Assembly (NCBI GenBank): GCA_950097015.1
Contig: CATNEN010000003.1
Location: 7,192,001 to 7,256,000 of the forward strand
DNA length: 64,000 bases
Source of the DNA: Macrostomum hystrix
Taxonomy: Eukaryota > Animalia > Platyhelminthes
Direction of reading: 5' to 3'
Shown here piece after piece: positions 19,216 to 30,519 of the stretch. Every line of letters starts with the position of its first letter. Position 1 is the stretch's first letter. The translations under genes were made by a program, and so were the position numbers. Below the pieces are notes generated by a model that made no database searches, was not told the DNA's origin, and worked only from the letters and a program-made list of their open reading frames with translations.

Positions 19216-20550
19216 CACTCCGTGTAGATTAATGGCGGGCTTATTCCACTATATATGTTAGCAGCTATACTTTAAAGTATCCCATTAATTAAAGCTTTGC
19301 AAATAATCAGCACTAATGAATTTCTAGTCAGGATAGAGAAAACTATAGTTGCTAAACAAAGTTAATTCTAACAGAAAAAAACTTGTATAGCTTGTACCTA
19401 GTGATTGCCTAGCAACATCTAATCGACGAGGCAATTAAGTAGTGAAATGTAATGCTGTCAGGTAAGAAACATGAAAGGTCCTTATAAGGGCTAATGGGCA
19501 GTAGTCCTGAATAAAGGCGGGGCAGTCGCAAATGAAATGAGAGCGGATTTGGCTTTGAAGTAAAGCGATATATGCCTAGCGAAACATCCAGTTTGGTCTG
19601 AAAGGGCCATATGGTGAGTGAGCGCCCTATAGTCCCTGCCATTGAGTTTCCTTATTTTTCGTTAAGAGATCCGCTCGTGGTGGACATTAGCTGTATTACT
19701 TTCATCGCTTTTAATTTATAGGCAAATATAAACATAGTTGCCTTTTATATTCGGGACTTTGGGAATCGTAAATTGCAACGTTTATCGTCCAACTGTTGAC
19801 TTTAGCGTTCATCCGCAAACAGAAGCAAATTCCAACTAGGAAACCATCATTAGCATCCGTGTGCATGGCAACTTGATTAGACAATTATACGTGTATCATC
19901 GTTTGTCAAGTCTGTCCCTCTATGCATCAAAATATGGACGACGCTGTGACGATTAAAACACAAAGGACGAAGTCGAAGTCAGAGCAGCGGCAATTGTAAG
20001 TTCGGCAATTCAGAGTCAGTAATGTCTGTGATGTAGCGGTAGCACTTTTATTCTGGGTGCACTGGGACGTCGACAAGCAGGGCGTTATGTAAGGCGTAGG
20101 AGCTCGTTAATGGTGATTGTTGGACACGAACAGAACCGAATGTAGTGGAGTGTAGTGAGAGAATGGCACAGCACGAAAACGTAGAAGGGCGAGAGTGAGG
20201 CGCGAAGAGTGCAGGAAGAGTGAAGCGCGAGCGAAGAATGACCGGAAGAGAAGGACCGAAGGTGAAGGACCGCAAGTGAAGCGCGAGCGGGCCTGAAGCC
20301 CTTGATTAAGTAAGCTAGGCTAACTGAAAAACATAGCGATCGATACTTCCGGCCAGCCAGAGCTCGCACGCTCATTGGCCGGGGGGAAATACATTAAGAT
20401 ACGCGTAGGAAATAGCTAGAATGGCGCGATATGCGTTTATGGTTACTAACAGTAGCGCCCTAATACTTTGACTTAATAATATAAATTAACAGAATTGGAT
20501 GATATTATACGATGAGTTAAAACGGCCCAAGCTAGTTAGGTCGAAGTGCA

Positions 20551-20623
20551 GTCCGGAAAAATTGCCAACGAGGAGCGAAGCGAGCGAAGCGAGCGTAGCT
20601 CCTCGTTGGCAATTTTTTCGGAC
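20551..20623. repeat. Inverted repeat with a ~26-bp stem around a GCGAAGCGA repeat
   Basis: gtccggaaaaattgccaacgaggagc ... gctcctcgttggcaattttttcggac. Confidence 0.85.
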
Positions 20624-21036
20624 AAACGAGACCGAGATAAGATGTGCTTGAGACTCCACCAACGTAAAATCAACGTTTTAGAAAATAAAATTGATGCAGA
20701 ATTAAAACCACTTGAGATGAAACCATGTGTGACCCCTCAATGGACGTAAAACATTTAGGGCTACAAGATGAGCGACTTGAAAGTTCCATAGCAACGCGTC
20801 TTGGTTGCCATGGCAACAAAAAAGTGACTTTTTTTAGACCCGTCCAAATCTTGAATCTCAAAAAATAAGGATTCACAATATGGAGTCAAAAATTGATTGA
20901 ACCCAACTTTTGGCGAATTTTCAGACCTTCAAGACACTGATTGGTTATTTTCCGCTAAATGCTTACCTTGATAGGTAATTCTGTAAAAGTGTGTTTTTTA
21001 AGTGTCAAAAAATGCGCATTTTTATCAACTTTCAAC

Positions 21037-21084
21037 TGACGCAGCTCAAAGGTCGCGCGTCAGCGCGACCTTTGAGCTGCGTCA
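21037..21084. repeat. Perfect hairpin with a 22-bp stem and 4-nt loop
   Basis: tgacgcagctcaaaggtcgcgc-gtca-gcgcgacctttgagctgcgtca. Confidence 0.92.
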
Positions 21085-21609
21085 TTCTAACGATGGCACC
21101 TGGGACTCTTACATGACGCACGACTTTAACCAAGATACTCACTTTAACTGTACATTCGCACCTGTTAATTACATTCGAATATTCGACGGGTAGGTATTCG
21201 AACCGAAATAAAGGAAATTCAACCTTGTTGCAAGACTCTAAAAAGTACATAAATGCGGTCATTTAGGTAAGATCTACATGTTTATAATACATTTTGAGCC
21301 GTTTCGTTGCACTGACTCTGAGCCATACACTGCTAAAGTCGATAAACGTGATTTAGGCTATTTTTATGCATTTTTCATGATACAAATGTACAAAAAATAA
21401 GAAACCACGACATGCTAGGAAAATCAGACTTTTTAGGCAAGGTGCACAACTAAATTGCGCACAAGATGTATATCTTGAAATTTCGTCTTAGTTTATTGAA
21501 GTCGCTGCCGGTACAGAAATGTACTTTAACGACGGTACGGGGGGCTTGCATATCGAACATACTTTTTAGCCTGTAACTTTTGAGCGGATTACCGGAGCGC
21601 GACGCGCTT

Positions 21610-22697
21610 GGTGTCATTGAACTACATTTTAGATGTACTTTAATTTGAATGTATGTTCGCTGTCATTGCATGATGCGTTGTACACCTCAGGCCAGGTCAC
21701 GTGACTTGCTGGAAATGAAATAATTACTTTGTACCTATACCAAGGATAGGTGAAGCATAAGAATGAGCCAAAGTTTGTACTTATTAGAAACACCTAGATG
21801 ACTACTCTCAGAAAAAATGATATTCACGTCTGTCAGTTGCAAAATTTTGTTATAATTGACTTTTAAAATCGAAAAACGTGATTTTGTGCAAAAACAACCC
21901 ATATGAGCACACATAGGGTGAAAAATTTATTGATTTTTGCTATGAGGTTCTTAGCTTCCAAGAGCAGTATTGTGCCCAGTAAACACGTACAGATGACTGC
22001 TATCTTCGTTAGTATGCGAAAATTCGTATTTTTACGCTAATAACAATTACCGAATTACGAGGTTCCGGTGTTATGCGTTTTTTTGCTATATTTCACGCTG
22101 CCATTTATTAACGATGCTACGCCAGGCCTTCAGTGTGGTGTCAATAAATAGCATTTAAAAAGTGCTTTAATTTGAGTGTATGTTCGCTGGCATTGCACGA
22201 TGCGTTGTACACCTCAGGCCAGGTCACGTGACTTGCTGGAAATGAAATAATGACTTTGTACCTATACCAAGGATAGGTGAAGCATAAGAATGACCCATAT
22301 TTGTACTTATTAGAAACATCTAGATGACTACTCTCAGAAAAAGTGACATTCACGTCTGTCAGTTGAAAAAAAAATTTATAATTGACTCTCAAAATCGAAA
22401 AACGTGATTTTGTGCAAAAACAACCCATTTGAGCACTACATAGGGCGGAAAATATATTTATTTTCGCTATGAGGTTCTTAGCTTCCAAGAGCACTATTGT
22501 GCCCAGTAAACACGTACAGATGACTGCCATCTTCGTTAGTGTGCGAAAATTCGTATTTTGACGCTATTAACATTTTACCGAATTACGAGGTTCCGGTACT
22601 ATGCTTTTTTTGGCTATATTTCACGCTGCCATTTATTAACGATGCTACGCCAGGCCTTCAGTGTGGTGTCAATAAATAGCATTTAGCAAGTGCTTTA
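21610..22697. repeat. ~528-bp tandem duplication (two diverged copies)
   Basis: ~21610-22136 aligns with ~22137-22665, e.g. tacacctcaggccaggtcacgtgacttgctggaaatgaaa at ~21680 and ~22208. Confidence 0.88.
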
Positions 22698-23807
22698 AGA
22701 TGACATCATGCGCATTGCGTTGCGTAAAAGTGTGGGTCCACAGTTTCGTAATAAGTTAAAAAGACCTGATTTCGCAAAAATCTTTAAAAGAAAAAAATAC
22801 CAAATAGGTGACTTAAAAGCCTTTTGACACTGAATAAAAAATGCACATAAAAGTGCTATTTTGTAACGTAAAAAGTCTTGCGTCCTGCAAAAATCTTCTA
22901 TGGTGACTTTTTGGAGCCGTGAAGTGAAAAAACGTGCGCATTTTTAAAGCTATTGAACTTACTTTTTAAGTGGATATTTTGAAAATAAGCATTTTATGAA
23001 TTGTATAACAAAATGTAATTGAAGAAAGAAATAAGTTGCTTTAGAAACTAAATTAAAATAATTTTTAAATAAATAAATTGTACATTTTAGTCGCTCTGTT
23101 CCATATGGTTTCAACAAGAAAAAAAATTCAAATCGGCTATGCTAACAGTAGCATGAAATTTTTGTCGTACGGCAAATTTGACATAAAAATTTCAAAGCAA
23201 CTTAACCAAGCAATCACTATCTAAATCTGAATTTTTTTCAAGCCTTTAATGTGTAGCTATTATATTCGCTTTTTACTTTATTTTTAGTAAAGTACTAGCA
23301 AGTTTTGCCCCCCTTCGGGGAGCAGAAATAATTAATATTCGTCTAATATATACCTTTTAGCAGGAGTACATTAAGTGTCTTTCTTAAGCTTAAGGTTAAA
23401 ATATGAATTTTTGGAGATCGTTAATAACGCATTTTAGGTAAAACAAAACTATAAACTTTTTACAGTTTTATAGTTTAGAGCTCTGTATATGTCAACGTGT
23501 TTGATAAAAATATCTTATTTATTTTATTCATAAATCTGTTAAGAGCACTTTTTTACTTAAAATACTTAAAATAAATTAAATGTTATTCCAAGAATTTGCG
23601 ACTTTCCGAGAAATGACTTGCTTTATTCCGATTTTCTTGTTGCTTGTATTGCTCATGTGTACTACAGTTTTATACACATCCCGAGAAATTTTTTACTTTC
23701 TTCATTAGTAAGTGAATTTCTTAGCCCTGCTCATCGTACTAACTGCGACTGCAATGTTCCGAACAATAAGTAGCTCAGCATTGCAACTATTGCCCTTGAT
23801 TGAGGCA

Positions 23808-25028
23808 ATAAATGACTTAAAGAGTCAGTTCAATGCAGCTATCTCATTGTGAATGGACTTTGCAAAAGCAACTGGAGCTACATCCTTCGACCTTTGGTTT
23901 GACACTTTAAATAAAGCTAACATAGGCTATATATAGGCATGATATATGATATATATTATCATGCTAAATTCCCCCTTTCTTTTCTAGTCGCACTCCTCAG
24001 CAGACTTCTCTTTTCTTATATGCCTCATACACATTGTCAAATCTTATTTTTAATCAAATCCTATATGACATAAAAGTCTATTTCAAATTAGATCCCGTTT
24101 TGATAGTTCAAAATGGTTAGCTAATATCAATGGCTAATTAAGTATCAATGGAATGGATCAATTTCTAATCTCCTTTCTTTTTCTTAATGATTCCAGTTCT
24201 GATCAGATCCTATTTCTTATCTGACCTCTTTTCTTAGTAATCCATTTTGTATCATTCTTCATTATAAATGCATGCCTGACAATTTATCTTTTAAAATAGA
24301 ATAAGGCAGGTACCAGGTGTGCAGATTCATGAATCATGGGACTGGTCTTTGTCCACTGAAACATTTTTTGTATTTCTTCAATTGCAAAACACATTGAAAA
24401 CAACAAAACAACAACAATTGAGTGAGCATCTGACAAATTTATTATTATACAAATACATATCATTATGACGTTATAAGAAAACAAACTCCAAATGTAGAGA
24501 ATTCAGTTCAATGAAAAAAGAAAAAATTGCATTGCACCTAAAAATATTACCCACAAACAGTAAACATGATGAACTTGCAGAAGGCTCCGCCAACAAGACA
24601 GTATCATTGCACAGTTCATTGCATTTGACTGCAAGAATAATGGTGTCAATCCTACTGCTTGTTGGCTTGCTTTACTCTGCACTGCTGGTCAGAGGCATTC
24701 ACTGGGGCAAGTTAAATTCACGCACTCAACGTCACACAAAAAGCTTAGCTATCACAAGTCTCTAGGTTTGCTGAAGCTGCTTCAAACCTCTCATGGCTGC
24801 ATACCCTCAGTTTTAGAGTGGAAGAACCTCTGAATCGTGAAAAAGCAGCGAACACGTTATTTCAACCACAATCTCAAGGCCCATTGATATGCAGCCAACC
24901 TGCTATATATTCACCTAATATTTACCTACATTAATTTCACTATTACTTATTAACTTTCATGGCACAACTAAATTGGGATCCGATTGTATCCGATCCTATT
25001 CTGGCTTGCCTTGATCCCAATCTAGTTA
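23808..25028. repeat. ~1.2-kb direct repeat 'A', copy 1 (Helitron-internal)
   Basis: Near-identical to 28697-29917, offset ~4889 bp; identical spurious ORFs 24284/29173 and 24511/29400. Confidence 0.93.
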
Positions 25029-25029
25029 T

Positions 25030-25515
25030 TTAGGATTTAGGATTGGGATCTAAGAGATTCTATGAATTTAGGATTGGGATATAAGAGATTCTATGAATTT
25101 AGGATTGGGATATAAGAGATTCTATGAATTTAGGATTGGGATCTAAGAGATTCTGTGAATTTAGGATTGGGATTCAAGAGATTCTATGAACTTAGGATTG
25201 GAATCTAAGAGATTCTGTGAATTTAGCATTGGGATCTAAGAGATTCTGTGAATTTAGGATTGGGATCTAAGAGATTCTGTGAATTTAGGATTGGGATCTA
25301 AGAGATTCTGTGAATTTAGGATTGGGATCTAAGAGATTCTGTGAATTTAGGATTGGGATCTAAGAGATTCTATGAATTTAGGATTGGGATCTAAGAGATT
25401 CTATGAATTTAGGATTGGGATCTAAGAGATTCTGTGAATTTAGGATTGGGATCTAAGAGATTCTGTGAATTTAGGATTGGGATCTAAGAGATTCTGTGAG
25501 TTTAGGATTGGGATC
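25030..25515. repeat. 31-bp satellite (GAATTTAGGATTGGGATCTAAGAGATTCTRT)n, short array
   Basis: Same unit, and same order of variant units, as part of 30520-33738. Confidence 0.95.
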
Positions 25516-25831
25516 TGTTATGCTCAGTTCTGTTATGCCACAAACACAATTTAGCTAAGCAACGATCTCAGTTCTGTTATGCAATGAACCCAATTTAGCT
25601 AATCATTTTGCCTAGGTAATCCCTGATCTCAATTCCATTATGATCCCATCTAATTTGAATTTATTAGGTGAATAAAGCAGGATTTGCCTGATATGTCTCA
25701 GCGGGCCATTTACATATCAGGATAAACTACTTGTGATCACTATTAAACACAGATACCAATGCGACACTGGCAGACAAACATGTACACAAGCAATACTCAC
25801 GTTAATTGCATCTTCATTAGTCTTTCAAGTC

Positions 25832-27225
25832 TTACTCGTCCATGTAATCATGTGATGGTCCAGGCTTCTCGGACACATTGGGCGCCTTAGGGGTTGACAT
25901 AGCCGGTATCTGCTGACTCCTGTAGATTTGATCTCGAGAAAAAGTCACCTGTGAAAGGAAATTTATATATACCTAATTAATTTTTTTTATTATTGTTTTT
26001 TAAATGCATAAACGTAATCTTTAGAGACAAAAGGCCTCATCGAACCAGTTAATAATGAATCTAAGCAGTCAATCACTTAATGCTTCTTTAGTAGGTTCTC
26101 TGACATCATGTTACTATTTAACCCACACGAAATAAAATTAACTTACCTCTTTGTCCCCAAATCGCACTCTAATTCTTCGCACCTCATCGAATTGGTTGAA
26201 CATTCGCTCTGGGTACTGCAATACCATTTCGTCGTCACGGATAGCATTTTTCTCCCGCTGGGAGCTTTGCGTCACGCGTAGCTCCTCGAAGCACTGTTGG
26301 CTAGAAACCGCATCCTTGTACCACTGGGTAATGTCGGAGACATCAGCAGAGTCTTCTGGCCAATGCTGAATTTCCGCTTTCGAACATCCGAGACTGATTG
26401 TCTGAGAATATTCCTGGACTTGAGCACCATGAATCGCTAGAACGTCGCCCACAGACCAGTCATTCACTTGGGCAGTAGAGCTGGACCAAAATGTGCACGA
26501 CACGGAGGACCCAGACTGATCAACAAGCGTCACTTTCGCCAGGTTGACAAGTTTTCCGGAACCGGTTTTAACTTCCGTTGGTTTCTGGACAGCAGAAATC
26601 GTGCCATAGACGTTAACATTCCTGAGATATGTGAGGCAAAGGGTGAATTTACAAGAATGCATTAACTCATTCACTAAGCAACTTCACTGACTGATTTAAA
26701 TAAGTTTTCCTAGAAATAATTGGCTAACCTAACAATTAGTGCGAATATATATTCCAAATCCTTACCATTTATTTTTAACAATTGCAACAAGTTAACTTAC
26801 ATTTTCATTTCACAGTCCGAAATCTCTTTTATCTTCTTATAGCCCGGTGCACGTCGAGTGACGGTCTCGAGGGTCCTCACAATGGTTCCACTTTGGTCAA
26901 TTGAAACTGTTAGCTCGTGCTCATTGTCCGTAGTGCTGTACCTGGGATCCGCCTTCTTCACCCAGCCGCCGGATATGCGGACGGCGACGCCCTCACGACA
27001 CACCTCCAGGAAAGGCTTAAGATCCTTTCCGAACACGCTTACACGTATATCGCCGGTGTCGTCACAGAGGATAAAGGAAAACACTTGGCCTGGTCCTCTT
27101 TTGCCTTCAAAGTCCTTGATTTTGGACAGCCTCATTACGAGGCCAACGATTGCAGCGTGCATCAGGCCCGGAAGCAGAGCAGAGATACACGCTTTGCTTT
27201 TCTTGGCTCCTTCGGTTGACTCCAT
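25832..27225 (-). CDS. Helitron-borne RPA70-like ssDNA-binding protein (two OB folds), 338 aa, 3 exons
   Basis: Exons 27225-26801, 26621-26147, 25948-25832 (1017 nt, GT-AG, in phase). KIKDFEGKRGPGQVFSFILCDDTGDIRVSVFG resembles RPA1 DBD-A; VNVYGTI...VTLVDQSGSSVSCTFW...VLAIHGAQVQEY resembles DBD-B. Confidence 0.85.
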
Positions 27226-27961
27226 ATTGCTCGATTGATAGTTGTCAAAAATATGGATTATAAAAATTTCACTGATAAGGTCTTTACGGCTTGTGGTTTG
27301 ATAGTTTTAGCATCAAGGCCAATTGTGCCTGTCTATATTGCAGCATTTCGGACAACCCCAACTGTGATGACTCATGCCAATAGAGGGTGCCATGTAAAGA
27401 TCAATAATTAGATCTGGCTAACCAATCAGAAAGAGTTTTGTTCTAACATTTCTAATCCACCCACTGGGCTACTTGTTGTGGATTGCCTTAGCCTTTACGT
27501 TCTTTCTTTATGTACAGTGTGGGGTGTCAAAGTCGAGTGTGGTGCGACTTGTTATGTAATCTGTTTTCGACACACTTCATTCAATAATAGGACACCAAAA
27601 ACATCTTATATCTACAGTGTTATTGGGGTGCAAGTGCGGCGTGTGGCTATAATGTGGCTAAAAATAGAGGGTTTCAAGTCAGCCAATAGCAGTTGACTGC
27701 ATTCAATAAAAGTTATTTCATTAAAGTGCCACCGCAAGCCCCAACCTAGCGAGACTTTTCAGTAATCATCACAAACAGCTAAAGCCTCATGAAGCTCACC
27801 AATGAAGCCTTACCCGATTTTAACTGGAGTTGGGGTGGCCCTAAGCTGGAATTCATTTTTGACCAATAAGAAACGGGCTTTAATAAAAATGAAATGAGTT
27901 TCGTTTGGTTTGCAAGGCTTTCAAACCAATCTCGCTAATCCTTGCTTCGCATGAGTGAGCG

Positions 27962-27969
27962 TATATAAA
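27962..27969 (+). promoter_or_regulatory. Candidate TATA box for the zinc-knuckle/poly-Q ORF
   Basis: TATATAAA ~115 nt upstream of the ATG at 28080; CCAAT at ~27926. Confidence 0.5.
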
Positions 27970-28079
27970 TAAACCAGAGCCTAAAATCTGAAATCTAACC
28001 TAAAATCAAGCACTATACAACGCTTACAACGTTTACAAAGTTTATTACAACGCTATACGCTAAGTTCGCTTTCGCTAAC

Positions 28080-28418
28080 ATGAAGTTTACGCAAAACGTC
28101 TTCTCCGGCGGCGACAGGCGGCGAGGCCGAAGTGGAGGCCAGCGCAGACCTATGGCCTGCTATCTCTGCGCGGGACCACACCCTGTGGCCCGCTGTCCTG
28201 TCGTCGCCGGAGTGCGGCAGCAGCAGCAGCCGCAGCAGCAGCAGCAGCAATTAGAGCAGCAACAGCTTGAGAGACTACAACATGCAACTATGCTGCGACT
28301 GCAGCAGCAGCAGCAGCTCCAGAACCAGCAGCAGCTCCAGAACCAGCAGCAGCTGCAGAACCAGCAGCAGCTCCAGAACCAGCAGCAGCTCCAGAACCAG
28401 CAGCAGCAGCAAAAATAA
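28080..28418 (+). CDS. Small Helitron-borne protein: RG-rich + CCHC zinc knuckle + poly-Q tail (112 aa)
   Basis: ATG start; GC-rich coding-like island in AT-rich DNA; CYLCAGPHPVARC = CX2CX3HX4C; (LQNQQQ)n tail; upstream TATA and downstream AATAAA at ~28428. Confidence 0.6.
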   Translation: MKFTQNVFSGGDRRRGRSGGQRRPMACYLCAGPHPVARCPVVAGVRQQQQPQQQQQQLEQQQLERLQHATMLRLQQQQQLQNQQQLQNQQQLQNQQQLQNQQQLQNQQQQQK

Positions 28419-28696
28419 TATTTACTTAATAAATACTTGATAAATTACTCGATAAATAAATTATATCACTTACTGGACAAATAAAAGTTTCGTGTTGCCT
28501 TCTCTTATTTCTTACTGTAAATGAGAAACTTAATTGACACAGCTCATTGAAATGATCAATTTAGAACCTAAAAATGTATAGCCATGATTCAAACTCTTTT
28601 TTTGGCATGATTCAAACTCAGATTTGCTATGATTTATGATATTGTATTTACGAAATGAAAAAATAAATTAAAATAATCTTCAATCACTACTGACTT

Positions 28697-29917
28697 AAAT
28701 GACTTAAAAGAGTCAGTTCAATGCAGCTATCTCATTGTGAATGGACTTTGCAAAAGCAACTGGAGCTACATCATTCGACCTTTGGTTTGACACTTTTAAT
28801 AAAGCTAACATAGGCTATATATAGGCATGATATATGATATATATTATCATGCTAAATTCCCCCTTTCTTCTCTAGTCGCACTCCTCAGCAGACTTCTCTT
28901 TTCTTATATGCCTCAAACACATTGTCAAATCTTATTTTGAATCAAATCCTATATGACATAAAAGTCTATTTCAAATTAGATCCCGTTTTGATAGTTCAAA
29001 ATGGTTAGCTAATATCAATGGCTAATTAAGTATCAATGGAATGGATCAATTTCTAATCTCCTTCCTTTTTCTTAATGATTCCAGTTCTGATCAGATCCTA
29101 TTTCTCATCTGACCTCTTTTCTTAGTAATCCATTTTGTATCATTCTTCAATATTAAATGCATGCCTGACAATTTATCTTTTAAAATAGAATAAGGCAGGT
29201 ACCAGGTGTGCAGATTCATGAATCATGGGACTGGTCTTTGTCCACTGAAACATTTTTTGTATTTCTTCAATTGCAAAACACATTGAAAACAACAAAACAA
29301 CAACAATTGAGTGAGCATCTGACAAATTTATTATTATACAAATACATATCATTATGACGTTATAAGAAAACAAACTCCAAATGTAGAGAATTCAGTTCAA
29401 TGAAAAAAGAAAAAATTGCATTGCACCTAAAAATATTACCCACAAACAGTAAACATGATGAACTTGCAGAAGGCTCCGCCAACAAGACAGTATCATTGCA
29501 CAGTTCATTGCATTTGACTGCAAGAATAATGGTGTCAATCCTACTGCTTGTTGGCTTGCTTTACTCTGCACTGCTGGTCAGAGGCATTCACTGGGGCAAG
29601 TTAAATTCACGCACTCAACGTCACACAAAAAGCTTAGCTATCACAAGTCTCTAGGTTTGCTGAAGCTGCTTCAAACCTCTCATGGCTGCATACCCTCAGT
29701 TTTAGAGTGGAAGAACCTCTGAATCGTGAAAAAGCAGCGAACACGTTATTTCAACCACAATCTCAAGGCCCATTGATATGCAGCCAACCTGCTATATATT
29801 CACCTAATATTTACCTACATTAATTTCACTATTACTTATTAACTTTCATGGCACAACTAAATTGGGATCCGATTGTATCCGATCCTATTCTGGTTTGCCT
29901 TGATCCCAATCTAGTTA
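28697..29917. repeat. ~1.2-kb direct repeat 'A', copy 2
   Basis: Near-identical to 23808-25028. Confidence 0.93.
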
Positions 29918-30519
29918 TGCAATGATCTCAATCTAGTTATGTGAGGATCTCAATTTAGTTATGCAATAATCCCATTTTAGTTACGCCAAAAGATCCCAAT
30001 TTAGCTAAGCAATGATCTCAGTTCTATTATGCAATGAACCCAATTTAGCTAAGCAATGATCTCAGTTCTGTTACGCCACAAACAAAATTTAGCTAAGCAA
30101 TGATCTCAGTTCTGTTATGCTATGAACCCAATTTAGCTATTGGGTTGGGAACCCAATTGGCTATTGGGAACCCAATCCGATCCTATTCTGGTTTGCCTTG
30201 ATCCCAACTCGTAGCAGAAAATTTTCATTACCTTACGGACGCCCCTCTTACTAATCATAATTCTGGTAAACAATGAATCCAATTTTCCATTCTTCAATGA
30301 TCCCATTCGTATCATGCCATGAGCCCAATTTCATTATGCGATAATTCCAATTCTGGTTTGCTATGATCCCAATTTAGTATGCAAGGATCCCAACTTAGTT
30401 ATGCCAAATGATCCCAATTACGCTAAGCAATGATCTCACTTCTGTTATGCCACAAACACAATTTAGCTAAGCAATGATCTCACTTCTGTTATGCCACAAA
30501 CACAATTTAGCTAAGCAAT

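Noticed and set aside
24284-24765. Duplicated small ORFs (24284/29173, 24511/29400)
   Set aside because: Identical only because they lie in the recent duplication; AT-rich with no recognisable domain.
23808-29917. 1.2-kb direct repeats read as the LTRs of a retrotransposon enclosing RPA and a gag-like knuckle
   Set aside because: No TG...CA ends, TSD, PBS/PPT or pol seen. The duplication extends to other scaffold blocks (sat31, B, C), which fits a Helitron-internal duplication better.
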